From the NCBI GenBank assembly GCA_030390025.1, contig CM059431.1, positions 119,414,001-119,478,000 on the forward strand: a stretch of 64,000 nucleotides of DNA, written 5' to 3'. This document shows positions 51,485 to 64,000 of this stretch, in pieces. This stretch comes from Squalus acanthias. Its lineage: Eukaryota. A program made the translations under genes and the position numbers. The notes beneath the pieces are model-generated. The model was not told the DNA's origin and made no database searches. It worked only from the letters and a program-made list of their open reading frames with translations. Every line of letters starts with the position of its first letter. The first letter of the stretch is position 1.

Positions 51485-53199
51485 TGATGTGGAGATGCCG
51501 ACACTCCTCGTCACGATGGACGTATCGGCACTCTACACCAATATCCCCCACAATGACGGCATCGTTGCGACAGCCTCAGTACTCAACACCAACAACAGCC
51601 AATCTCCGGACGCCATCCTACAACTCATCCGCTTCATCCTTGACCACAATGTCTTCACCTTCGACAACCATTTTTTTACCCAAACACACGGAACAGCCAT
51701 GGGGACCAAATTCGCACCCAATACGCCAACATCTTCATGCACAAGTTCGAGCAAGACTTCTTCGCTGCACAGGACCTCCAACCAACGCTGTACACCAGAT
51801 ACATCGACGACATCTTCTTCCTTTGGACCCACGGCGAAGGATCACTGAAAGGACTACACGATAGCATCAACAGGTTCCATCCCACCATCAAACTCACCAT
51901 GGACTACTCCTCAGAATCGGTTTCATTCTTGGACACACGAATCTCCATCAAAGACGGACGCCTCAGCACTTCACTCTACCGCAAGCCCACGGACAACCTC
52001 ACGATGCTCCACTTCTCCAGCTTCCACCCTAACCACGTTAAAGAAGCCATCCCCTATGGACAAGCCCTGCGAATACACAGGATCTGCTCAGACGAGGAGG
52101 AACGCGATGGACACCTACGGACACTGAAAGACGCCCTCGTAAGAACGGGATATGACGCTCGACTCATCGATCGACCGTTCCGACGGGCCACAGCGAAAAA
52201 CCGCATAGACCTCCTCAGAAGACGAACACGGGACACAACCAATAGAGTACCCTACGTCGTCCAGTACTTCCCCAGAGCGGAAAAACTACGCCATGTTCTT
52301 CGCAGCCTTCAACATGTCATCGATGACGACGAACACCTTGCTAAGGCCATCCCCATGCCTCCACTACTCGCCTTCAAGCAGCCGCCTAACCTCAAAAGTA
52401 CCATTGTTTGCAGCAGATTACCCATCTTTCAGGAGAACAGCAACCACGACACCACACAACCCTGCCACGGCAACCTCTGCAAGACATGCCAGATTATGGA
52501 CACAGATACCATCATCACACGTGAGGACACTACCCACCAGGTACATGGTACATACTCATGTGACTCGGCCAACGTTGTCTACCTGATACGTTGCAGTAAA
52601 GGATGCCCCAGAGCATGGTACATCGGCGAGACCATGCAGACACTGAGACAACGTATGAACGGACACCACGCAACAATCGCCAGGCAGGAGGGTTGCCTCC
52701 CAGTCGGGGAACACTTCAGCAGTCAGGGGCATTCAGCCTCGGATCTGCGGGTAAGCGTTCTCCAAGGCGGCCTTCGGGATACACGACAGCGCAAAATCAT
52801 AGAGCAGAAACTGATAGCCAAGTTCCGCACTCATGAGGATGGCCTCAATCGCGATATCGGGTTCATGTCACGATACAGAACGTGACTTGACATCATGGCC
52901 GGTCTTTCCAGCTTTTTTTAAAAAAAAACTAACAGAAGAACCAAACTCAACTGCAGAGGATATGAAGCCAGCAGGTGTTTTGACACGTTGGACCCCCTGG
53001 GACACATCTCATTGTCTTGGCTGTGCTCTAAGTGTGTCTTTGATGTAGGGAAAGATTTGAATAAATTTTTTTTGTGTTTATATTGTGAATTCTGGGAGAT
53101 TCTCTCACAGCTACTCTACCTGAGGAAGGGGCGACAGCTCCGAAAGCTTGTAATTTTAAATAAATCTGTTGGACTATAACCTGGTGTTGTGCGACTTCT
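51485..53199 (+). mobile_element. 5'-truncated Penelope-like element (family 1); RT-GIY-YIG ORF 51489-52885 with one frameshift near 51720
   Basis: TMDVSALYTNI, GTAMG, RYIDD and VVYLIRC..WYIGET motifs; perfect 13-bp TSD CATTAATAAAATA. Confidence 0.93.
53117..53152 (+). ncRNA. Minimal type I hammerhead ribozyme (family 1)
   Basis: TAC-CTGAGGA-A-GGGGC(gaca)GCTCC-GAAA-GC-TT-GTA. Confidence 0.78.
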
Positions 53200-53755
53200 C
53201 ATTAATAAAATAAGTATAGTTAAATAAATTAACCACTTTAAACAAAAAATTAAATTTTTGAAAAAATTTAAAATCTTTTTAAAAGTTATAAAAATAAACT
53301 TACCTTTCTTTAAAGTCTCTAAAAAAGATAAACCTGTTGAAAAAAATTTAAAATAACACTTAATTAACTACTTACCTTGTTAAAAGGGGGTCCTACGCCT
53401 GCTTTCTTTGTGTGTAAAATCTTCACCACTTACCTGCGCGTTCAAAGCTGAAAAAAAAACTAAGTGCACTGCGTGCGCGCAGCCTGTAGTGCGCACGCGG
53501 TTCACTTAGGAACCGCCCCCTTTTCAATTCACGAAGTGCCGTTTTCCCGCGCAATTCGGGATCGAATACGCGAGAGTACACAGTGCGTACTCTCACGTAT
53601 TAGGTTTAATTTTTGGGCCGATGTCTCTCAATGTCTCTTAATCTCTCCTGCTTTCTATCCTATCACTTACCTTCCCTTTTGTTCTTTCATCCCCTCCCCC
53701 TTTTCCTAGCCCCTAAACTTGCTTTAAAATCTATTCAATTTTCTGCTTTTTTCCA

Positions 53756-53790
53756 GTTCTGACGAAAGGAAATCGACCTGAAACGTTAAC
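53756..53790 (+). ncRNA. Minimal hammerhead ribozyme (family 2), helix II partly eroded
   Basis: GTT-CTGACGA-A-AGG...CCT-GAAA-CG-TT-AAC. Confidence 0.65.
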
Positions 53791-54269
53791 TCTGTTTTTC
53801 CCTCCACAGATGCTGCCTGGCCTGCTGAGTTTTTCCAGCGTTTTCTGTTGTTATTCACAACTCCCTCCCTGATTAGCACATGTGTTGATTCTATCACTTT
53901 CCCCTTTTCTCTCATTTTCTCACCTTAATAAAATGCCTCTTTATTTTTCAGGCTTCAGTTCTGATGAAGTGTCACATATTTGAAACACCTTTAACCTCCC
54001 TTTTCTCTTTTCAGATGCTGATTAATGGGCTTGAAAATGAGAATGAGCACAAAATAGTAAATATTCTGAATGAATATTTCCTCCAAGCCTACCCATGGGA
54101 TGACATGGACAACAGACCCTCCAAACAAAGACATTCCAAGTAAAAACCAATGATTAGTTATAAATCAGATTGTAGTCCGAGACAAGATAACTGGGCTCAA
54201 AATTAACAAATCCCCCCAGATAGATGATATTTATCCCAAAGTTCCGAAAGAGACTAGGGAAGAGGCTTG

Positions 54270-57200
54270 TGAACAACAACAACAGCTGCTTGCATTTATA
54301 AAACGCCCTTAACGTTAATGTAGGAAAACTTCTCAAGGTGGTTCATAGACGTGTAATCAGATAAAAATTGACAATGCGCCAAAAAAGGAGATATTGGAAG
54401 GGGTGACTAAAAGCTTGTGTGAAGAGGTAGGTTTTAAGGAGGGTTAAGGGAGATAGAGAGATGGAAAGGCTTAGGCAGGAATTTCTAGAGCTTAGGGCCT
54501 AGACAGTTGAAAGCACAGCTGTCAACGGTTGGTTGAAGGAAGTGGGGGGTGAGTAAGAGGTCAGAGTTGGAGGAATGCAGTGGTCTTGGAGGGTTGTTGG
54601 GCTGCAGGAGGTTACAGAGATAGGGAGGGGTGAGGCCATGAAGGGATTTGTACACCAGGACGAGAATTTTAAATTGGAGGGGTTGGAGAACCGGGAACCA
54701 ACGTAGGTCAGCGAGCACAGGACTGATTGGTGAGCAGGACTTGATGCGGGTTAGAATAACAGCAGCAGAATTTCAGATGAGCTCAAGTCTATGGATGTTT
54801 ATGGATGATGGGAGGCAGGCCAGGAAATCATAGGAAAATCAATTCTGGAGGTAACAACATTATGAATGAGGTTTTCAGCAACAGATGAGCTGAGACAGGG
54901 GCAGTGATGGACAATTTTACAGAGGTGGAAGTAGGCTGTCTTGGTAATGGTAAGGATATGGGATAGGAAGGTAGGAAGACCAGCTCAGGGTCCAATAGGA
55001 TGCTGAAGTTGTGAACAGTCTAGTTCAACCTGAGACAATCACCAGGGAGAGGGGTGGAATTGGTGGTGAGGGTATGGAGTTTGTGGGTGGGGGGGCCAAA
55101 GACAATGGCTGTGATTTTGCAAATCTTGGCGGGTCCGTGGCGGGCGATGTCAGTGGCGGGTCCTGACCCCGCTGCTGTCTCCATCCTGGCCTCTGAAATG
55201 AATTTACTGTGATTGGGCTTGTTAAGCCCGCCCAGTGTGCTTCCCAGCTAATTAGAGGAGGCGGGTCTGGTGAAGTCATTTGATGATGCGTCATCAGCCG
55301 GCTTCCTTAAAGGGACCATGGCCAACTTTATTTTGATATTTGTGCTGTCAGTGTTTTACAGCATTGAGGTGCTGCAAACACTGACAAGCACTGCACAGAG
55401 GTGCAGGGCTGCACCCAGGCTCTCCCCTGGCTCCCTCCATATGCTTATGGAGGGAGTCACAGCACACAGGGAGGTCCTCTTCCATACCCATGGGCAGAAG
55501 AGACCTCCCCAGGAGATCAACACAGCCTGGTTGCACATTGCAGAGGAGGGCACAAAGCAAGGATGTCATCAGGAGGATCTGGATGCAGTGCCACAAATGT
55601 TTCAATGATCTCAGTAGATCACAAAACTTTAGTACAAACCCACGCTCAACCTCATCCTGCTGTGCCTCTCATCACATCCCCATCACTCTGCCTTCCCTAC
55701 TCTACTCCTGCACATCCTTACTCACATCAACTTACCTTGCACCTCCACCCATCTCGCTCTCTCTCTCTCTCTTTCTATATATATATATACATATATATTA
55801 TCACATCCCCATCTCACTAACCACCCCTCACATTCACCCTCATCCTAGTCCAATCATACCAACTAACAACACACAAGGGTAGGCACTTGGGTGTTTTATG
55901 CAATGTTCATATAAAGTTTCTGTTATTGTGGTGTCAAACATTGAAAACTTTATTTTCAACACTTTGCATTCTTTGGCAGATTTGTGTGCACCTTTGGAAG
56001 TGGCTTCGTGAGTTGCAGTGAATGGTGATACATATGGTTCCCCCCCCCCCCCCGTAATGGTGATGAGTGTGAAAGGAATGGCTTGGACATTGTAGGGACG
56101 CTTTATGTTGTTGTTGTGGGGTGCTGCCAACCTGGTGCATCATGTGGCAGCCAGGGTGTACAGCATCAAGTGAAGTAAATCTGGCCATGGTGAGGCCATT
56201 CCTGGGCTCCCGGGCAGCAATGTGGTCGGGTGCTGATGCCCTGTGTCCTGTGCAGCATCAGGTGATTGCGGAGAAGGTTGCTGCTGCTGGTGTGCCTGGT
56301 GCTTCTGGTGTGCCTAGTGATGCTGGTGTTTGGGCTGATCGTGGTGGGATTCTGAGGACCAAGGTGAGAGAGTTTCAAGGGCACCCATGCTGATGGAATA
56401 GATGGCAGGTGAAGTAGAGATGGCAGAAGCAATCTGTCAATGGTGGGAGAGGTAATGAGGTCAGACTGGATGGAGACTTGTGTAAAGACTTGTAGCATCC
56501 TGAATCTGTAGTGGAAATGCAGTTTAGAGAAGCTAATGTTTGAGGGAACATTTCTCAATCAGCTGGGAGCTTTGATTTGACATTTGAAGCGGTCAACTCA
56601 TCAGCTGATTCAGTGGCCGCTGACCTCCCGCCTCAGCTTCACAGAAGAGGTCCAGGCACAGCGGGAAACCGGTGGGCGACCTGCCAAATTCAAAAATCTG
56701 GGCATAAACCATTGATAAATGGCTGTAAACAAGCTACTAATTATTTAATTGCCTCCCCCGTTGCTGCATGTCGAGTCTGCTCAGCGCTGACAAATCCAAC
56801 ATTTGGTAAAGGCACGTGGCGGCGCGTTCATATCAGGGTCCCGACCCGCTAGGGGGAAAAAACACTTTCCCACCCGACCCACCACCGATCGCACCCGCTG
56901 ACCACCACCCCCCCCACCCCCCCACCCCGCAAAATCCAGCACAATTACTTTTGTCTTCCCAATGTTTAACTGGAGGAAACTATTACTTATTCATGACTGG
57001 ATGCCTGTCAACACCGAGGCAGTTTAAGGGCTAAGAGAGGTGGTGAAGAGATCGAGCTGGGCCTTATCAGCATTCATGTGCAACCTGACGCCATGTTTTA
57101 GCATGATGTTGCTGAGAGGCAGCATGTAGATGGGAAATAGAGGAGGACAAGGATAGATCCTTGGGGGAATTCCAAGGTAATGGTGTGGGGGTGGGAAATA

Positions 57201-57800
57201 TAGCCATTACTGGAAATTCACTGGCTACAATTGGATAGGCAAGAGTGGAAACAAGGCAGGACAGTCCCATTCAGCTGAACAAAGGAGGAGAACCATTGGT
57301 GGAGGATGGTGTGATGGACAGTGTCAAAGACTGTAGAGAGGTCAAGAATGATAAGGAGAGATAGTACATCATGGTCACAGTCACAAAGGATGTCATTTGT
57401 GACTGAATAGCCCTGTTTCAGTGCTGTGACAGAGACTAAACGTGGAGGTGCAGGAAAGATAGGCACGAATTTGGGAGGCAACAAAATCTTTAAGGACTAT
57501 GGAGAGGAAATATAGGTTGAAGATGGGGCGGTAGTTTGCAAGGATAGAGAGGTCAAGTGCGGGTTGTTTGAGGAGGGGGTGATGAAGGCAGCTTTTAAAG
57601 CAAGGCGGACAGTACTTGAGAGGATAGAGCCGTTTCTAATATTAGCTAGCACGGGGCCAGGAAGGGAAGTTAGGTGATCAGCAGTTTAGTGGAATTGGGG
57701 TTGAGAGAGCTGGAGGTGGGTCTTATGGACAAGATAAGCTCAGAAAGGGCATGAGGGACGATAGAAGAGAAACAAGAGAAAGATGTGGGTTCAAGGCGGA
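54270..57800 (-). mobile_element. Degenerate L2 LINE, split by a Harbinger derivative
   Basis: LLIILDLSTVFDTVHHTIL and LADLRWFPV..FKILVLVYKSLHGLTPPYL motifs; 3' tail near 54270-54310. Confidence 0.85.
55107..56942. mobile_element. Deleted Harbinger derivative with Myb-like and transposase remnants
   Basis: TIRs GGCTGTGATTTTGC / GCAAAATCCAGCAC; AAT TSD; RAAPRLSPGSLHMLMEGV..W..QCHKCFNDL. Confidence 0.8.
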
Positions 57801-58789
57801 CACTCGTTTTATACCCCGCCTGATTTAATGCTTTATTGACTTCAATGAAGTGTAAAAATGTGGGGGGGGGGCAGGTTAGGTAAAAATTGGGGCTTAAGTG
57901 TCTTTGTACTATAAATATGGCATTAGAGTTCTGTTTGGTAGAAACAACTTATGACTCAAAATAGCTGCTTTCTTATGGCCGTAATAACTAAATTTATGTT
58001 CCTCAGTAAGTGTTTCAGGTACTGATGTGCATATCCAGTATTGTAAAGAAGCAGTAGAATCACTGCTGGTTGGAAGACAGACAGCTAAGACAATTGGCTG
58101 AGAATTTTTAAAATCGGTGTGCCTTGTGTAGCATTTAAAAAGGTGCTTCTTGGCAAATTTTGTTCATTAACCTCACCTCTGGTAAACTGTTTTATATTAA
58201 AAAAAAATTGATTGACAAGGAGGTTAATGGGAGTCAAACGAGAACAGTATAAATGACTCAAGGGAGTTTGCACAGAAGTTAACATAACTTGGGAAATTAA
58301 AAGCTGTCTGCATTAGCGTTCACAACCTTTCAGTAGGATTAAGGTCATGGGCAGTAATAACCAGAACAACTATTGTCAGTGGGCATGAAAGAATACATCA
58401 ATGTATGGTGGATTATGAAAAAGCACAATGATTGGAGGTAATTGGCCCTATTTTGCATTTCTCCCATATTTTTATTTCCATTGAAGTGAATCGGGAGCAA
58501 TGTAAAATGGGCTGCCGATTCACGATCACCCATTTTCCACCATTGCACAAAGTCAGGATCTATCATATTGTATCTTATTCATCATGGCACAGCTCCCTAA
58601 GGGATGATGGGAAACTTTTGAAGCAATGCAACCACTTTAAGATCAGTGACTGCATTTAGCGGCAAAAAAACTATGTTAACCTTTAAAAAGACTACCTTTT
58701 CAAAGGTTGTTCAGGGCAAAAAGTGGCTGACAATACCCAATGTCTGGCACAATAAATGTGGAGCATAAAACTGACTGTGTGGGCCCATG

Positions 58790-60760
58790 ATCGGAATGAT
58801 AAAGCACTCGAACCAACTGTTTAATGGCTGATAAATTGGAGATACTGTTACATGAGGTGGATGTAAGGATGGTGGCCGTGTTTGCTACTCCAGGGCTCCC
58901 CGTACTCAGAGGGCAGCAAAGCAATGTACCTGGCAAGATGTGACGGTCAGATTCAATGGTACACATGTACTACCCACAGGAACTAGTAACAGACATTGGA
59001 GAAAATGGCACACCTTAGGAAAAACTCCCAATGTAAGCCTAGCCAATGGTTTCATTTACCAGATATCATCATCCATATATTCATGCCACAATGAACTGCT
59101 GGGCAACCTGTTGCACATTGGCTGCTGGCCCATACCAAGACTTCACGCAATCTTATTGCTCTTTCACTACAAGCATACCTATTGAGCACACATGACAGTT
59201 GTAATGTACAATTAAAAGCATTAGCACATTCACAGTTTCAAAGGGTTTCACATAAATGTATGAGAACACAGCCTAGCTGCCTGACATATGATCATTTAAT
59301 GACACCCAGGGAGGGCTGGAGTTTCTGCACATGTCTGTGACTAGACATGTGCTCCTTCAACTTACAACATGACAAGACCATTTCTCTACTTACACAACAA
59401 GATAACACCTGATCCTATGGAACAGATTCAAGAGGATGACCCATAAATGACCATCCCTTGATTTCCTCAGAGAATGGCTACACTGAATAATCTTGTGATA
59501 AGAGCATTGAGGGAGGGTGGGGGCGGTAAATGAAGGTGAAGCTACAAGTCCCGTCCTAGTTATTGGCCACTATTATTCAGTTTTTATCTCTTGCCTCTCT
59601 TCTCGGTCACTCCCACACAGCCATACGTACTAACATGTACAGCACCTTCAACCCCCTTCAAAACTGCTCCGTCTCTCCACCTCCCACTCCTCATTTAAAA
59701 TCCTTCTTAAAACACACCTCTTTAACTAGGCTCTTGTTCACCCCTACTAATCTCTCCTTCTTTGGCTTAGCGTCCGTTCTCTCCCTACATCTGTGAAGCC
59801 CCTTGAGATATCTTTACTATATTAAATGCGCACTATAAATACATGTTGTTATTGTTGTTGAAATGCAAGCTCTGCTGAAAGGTTCTGATGAAAGGTCTGC
59901 AAGCTGAAACATTAACCCGTTCTTTCTTTCTCTCCACAGATGCTACCTGACCCGCTGAGTGTTTCTGCTTTTATTTCAGATTTCCAGCATCTGCAGTGTT
60001 TTTCGTTCTGGAAGGTATCTCCTGGAGGCAGCATAATAACATGTTTGTCACTCAACAAAGCCTGCTAATACTGCTAGTACAAGACAGTACCTCATAGTAT
60101 CCTGTGTACCTTTCATTAACCTTTGAAAGCACCGGCACATCTACACACATCCCGGAGGATGCATTTAATGAGCTTGAGAAGATAGCACCAGATGAGTCAC
60201 AGTGCATAGGTAAGGAGGAGCAAATGGTGCTTACAGAGGAGCAGAAGGAACAATATGGCTGCCATTGATGACCCTCCCCCCCCCCCCCCACCCGTGCCCC
60301 CCTGTACTTTCACAAAAGCAGCACTGAGGAAATTGGGCACTAGTGTCATGCTACTGTTGCGATATAGTAAGAAAGGAAGTTAAAGTTCTGGCCATGCTGA
60401 CTGATGCATCAGCCATCTGTTTGACAGATGTGTGGACAGCACATTGGTGATACTGCATTGCTAGCCTAGAATGACCTGAAGGTAGAAAAGTTAAGGGTGG
60501 TGGTGATCTTGACTACCAATGTCAGCCCAATATCTATGTTGCAAGTTGGCGACAGGTGTCCATGCGGCAGATACCAATCTCTGCAACTGGCTCCCTGGAG
60601 ACATAAAGCCTGCAGGGGCAATTGTCCTCTGGCATTGGCAGGTAGGTATGCCAAGTTCTGCATGTATGGTTGATGGCATAATGGCAGGTGCAACCAGCAC
60701 TATTTTAGTGCCTTCTAATCTCCCTAGTGTTCCGTCTTTCAGTTTGTACCACTTCAACTA
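58790..60760. mobile_element. Ancient Harbinger remnant (Myb-like + at ~58800-59035; transposase N-terminus - at ~60400-60760)
   Basis: KLEILLHEVDVRMVAVF..WQDVTVRFN..WRKWHTL; LTLVVKITTTLNFSTFRSF; ends not identified. Confidence 0.6.
59878..60005 (+). mobile_element. Short Penelope-like 3' terminus with a degenerate hammerhead
   Basis: GTTCTGATGAAAGG...CTGAAACATTAAC...CAGATTTCCAGCATCTGCAG. Confidence 0.7.
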
Positions 60761-61746
60761 CGTAACACTGTATCAGGTGCACATTCTAAACCATCCCCAT
60801 CATAGGTTTGCTACCCACAAAGATGCACTGTGGCTCCCTTCGCTCCACTAAAAATTGGTATTAGAAGAATTATTTTATTTGCCCCATCTGTTTCTATTCG
60901 GTTGAAGACCTGTAATTAATTCACTTACATAATTTATTTTATTTTCAGCAGTTTTCCCTTTTTAACAAAGTATAACAAGTATTTTCATAAGTCATGCAGC
61001 ATACATGAACTTCCCAATTCACCATAACATTCTCTGTTACTGTAGGAAGGACACTTCTTCTCATCTGTCAATGTTGGTCACCCTGTCCCTCAAGCTATTA
61101 ACCACTATCCTCCTTTCCTCTTCCAATGTCTCCTTACATACCTGAAGATCGGTATCTTCAGGAAGCGATAGAAGGGATTCCAGCTAGGATGATGTGACTG
61201 TATACAGTCTTGATTAGAAGAATGGTGATGGACAGAGAGCTGAAGTAAGTGATAGAGAGGATTGTATGATGCCATGGTCATGTGGTGTCTTGTCAGGGTA
61301 GATTTTTTGAAGTTGTGCTCATGATGAGGGTATTTTGGGAATTCAAGTGTGGAGGTCAGTGGCCTTCAGAAGGTTTTCCATCTATAACTTCATAAAATCT
61401 ACATTTTGTTGTCCAACCTGGCTATGGCAAAAGATTGACAGACCAGCTTACATAATATCATGGCCCATATTTTATAATAAATTATTTAAATTGTTAAACT
61501 GGGTCACACAATACATTCTGTTCTCATGCTGTCAATCAGGATTGCGTCAAAGTATTCCTGTATTTTACTACCTGTCTTTATTCTGTCCAGTCACATGATA
61601 ATGCAGGTAGTTGTACGGGATAGATTTCTACTCTGAAAAATATTGAGAAATGAGGAACTGTCACACTGAATAACTTTTCAAAATTGTGCTGATACGGAGT
61701 TAGTTTGACGTTTAAAAGAGCAGTAGTTTTAAAACTGAAAAACATT

Positions 61747-62459
61747 GGCCTCGATATTAATGCCCCCCCCCCCCCAATCCCACCCACGACAGGTGGAAGA
61801 TGGGGTTAAAGAACTAAATACGGGGAACGGGACCCCAACAAGCTGAGCACTCGCCCACCGCCATTTTTATACTTACGGATATTGGGGCGTCCGAGTGTCT
61901 TGCTGTGGAGAGGTGGGACACTTAATTAACATATTTAAATCGATTTGAAATTTACTGCTGCTGCATGGGTTTACCAGGGGTTGGGAAACTCGGCAGTGAA
62001 AGGGAGGCGGGAGCTGCCAGCTCCACAAAGTAAGTGCCCCTTTCAGCACTCCTTGTGTGCAAGGAGGAGCAGGAGAGCTCCCCCCCAGGTCACCCAAAGA
62101 AACCTACCCCGATCTCCGATTGCCAACCTCTCCCCAAGTCCCGATTGCCGTGCTCCCCCTCACCCCTCCACCAGCGCCCTTGATCACGGCCCTCTCCCCC
62201 CCACCCCCCTCACCCACTCCCTTTCCAATCACTCGATTGCCAGGAACCATCCCCAAGGGTCCCCGGCTACTGCTGGTGTTCCCTCCTGCCCGCCGGCTGT
62301 CCATTTGGCTGGTTGCCAGGCAGGAAATGGGACTAAAAAATGTTAATGCGGTCCTGCCATTAAGATCAGCAGAACCTCCGCGTCCCCAGCCTTGCCCTGT
62401 TCTTCAGCTGTTTTAGGCCTCACCCACATCCTCCCCGCCTCCCCGTAATTATCGCGGAC
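61747..62459. mobile_element. Harbinger-type MITE
   Basis: TIRs GGCCTCGATATTA / TAATTATCGCGGAC; ATT TSD. Confidence 0.75.
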
Positions 62460-63099
62460 ATTATGTCCGCAAATATATTTGACTATAAATCTTCACTAAA
62501 TATATATTACGGGAGTGCACATAATGTACTTTGGGGAAAACAGTACATTTCATAGGACATAGGCTGTACAGTTAAGATGAATAAGAACCCTTGGGTCAGA
62601 CAAGGTAAATGGTGATAGCAGTGCTATACAGTCAAGTTAGCTGCATTCCATTATTCAAACACAACCTTGCGAATGATGTAGACACTGACAAACAAGGATA
62701 GATTTACTGACCTATGTTATTAAAGCTCTGATGGATTGTAGAGTGTTGCTAGGTATCACCTATCATTATTCAATGTGAATGTATACATTGCTTATGCAAT
62801 CATAATCACTTACATGAAGAAGAAAAACTCATGGTTGTGAGACATATTAGAGTGCTGACATGCTACACCACAGTAGCTGGACATGGGCTCCAGCACCTGT
62901 GACACCTCAGTTAATGAGTTGTCAACTTCAGCTATGGCTAGCTGCGGAGTTGCTGATTGGAACCAAGTGAGGGGAAATTTTAGGGCAAATCAAAGCGTAT
63001 TGCTGACTGATTCACACTGAGAGATAAAATCATGTTGCAAAAGGAGCAAGGGATAGCAAGTAATTAAATGAAAATAAAATGGTAACTGTTCCAAATCAT

Positions 63100-63440
63100 T
63101 GGGTCAGAACTTAGTGGTATGTTTGTGAATTCACAAAGCATTCAAAACAAAATTTAAGGAGTTGGAAGCATCAATAAGTATGGAGAGGTATAGTAGTTAT
63201 AAGAGATGTGGCTTAGGTTTGGACAGGATTGAGAATTTAATATTCCTGATTATAATATTTTCGGCGAGAGAGGGAGGGGATAAAGGGAATGGGGTGGCAG
63301 TTAGTAAAAGATTCTACTACAACGCTGGAATATAAGGATGTCCTAAGGGGTTGCATTAACACACAATCCATATGATTAATTAAAAACTAGAACAGGAAAT
63401 GATACAATTCTTGGTGTGCATTACAGGCCACTAACTACAG
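63100..63440 (+). mobile_element. Degenerate CR1 endonuclease fragment
   Basis: Decayed NSQSIQNK, E(T/M)WL, GGVA and GVHYRP-type motifs. Confidence 0.55.
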
Positions 63441-63441
63441 T

Positions 63442-64000
63442 CACGATGGTATGTGACTTGGAGGGGAACTTGCAGGTGGTGGTGTTTGTCTCGTGTTGGC
63501 TGCCCTTGTCCTTCTAGGTGGTAGAGGTCACGGGTTTGGGAGGTGCTGTCGAAGAAGCCTTGGTGAGTTGCTGCAGTGCATCTTGTAGATGGTACAGACT
63601 GAAGCCACGGTGCGCCGGTGGTGGAGGGAATGAATATTTAAGGGGGTGGATGGGGTGCCAATCAAGTGGGCTGCTTTTTTTCTGGATGGTGTCGAGCTTC
63701 TTGAGTGTAGTTGGAGCTGCACTCATCCACGCAAGTGGAGAGTATTCGATCACACTCCTTACTTGTGCCTTGTAGATGGTGGAAAGGCTTTGGAAAGTCA
63801 GGAGGTGAGTCACTCACTACAGAATACCCAACCTCTGGCCTGCCCTTGTAGCCACAGTATTTATGTGGCTGGTCCAATTAAGTTTCTGTTCAATGATGAC
63901 CCCCAGGATGTTGATGATGGTGGAATTTGATGATGGTAATGCCATTGAATGTCAAGGGGAGGGAGGTGGTTAGACTCTCACTTGTTGGAGATGGTCATTG
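63442..64000 (-). mobile_element. CR1/L2-group LINE 3' fragment (same family as 22058-23125)
   Basis: LSTIYKAQVRSVIEYSPLAWMSAAPTTLKKLDTIQ. Confidence 0.88.

Larger units (their letters stand above)
51154..53619. mobile_element. MITE (opposite orientation to 47780-48542) carrying a Penelope insertion
   Basis: TIRs GGCCCAGAAATTAAAC / GTTTAATTTTTGGGCC; TSD AAT/GAT. Confidence 0.88.
47671..53852 (-). mobile_element. Penelope-like retroelement (family 2) with inverted termini and nested insertions
   Basis: RT + GIY-YIG on the minus strand; inverted 3'-end copy at ~50805-51153 plus 53620-53852; TSD ATTCATTACTCCCT / ATTCACAACTCCCT. Confidence 0.9.

Overview
Repeat-dense vertebrate DNA, most likely a cartilaginous fish (inferred from the mix of CR1/L2 LINEs, Penelope-like elements, Harbinger transposons and a ~67-bp satellite). 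No intact host protein-coding gene is recognisable. A tandem segmental duplication (copy A 1-7603, copy B ~15447-35155) has been invaded independently by different elements, which gives readable empty-site controls. Contents: four TG...CA solo LTRs (three with readable 4-bp TSDs, one nested in another); five two-gene Harbinger transposons (Myb/SANT-like + DDE transposase, one transposase a single stop from intact); about eight MITEs; Penelope-like elements with minimal hammerhead ribozymes and inverted ends; a LINE with a tRNA-like head; a 29-bp minisatellite; and a triplicated ~1.2-kb promoter/exon-like cassette upstream of a possible cysteine-rich, defensin-like peptide remnant. Coordinates were counted by hand and may be off by a few bases.
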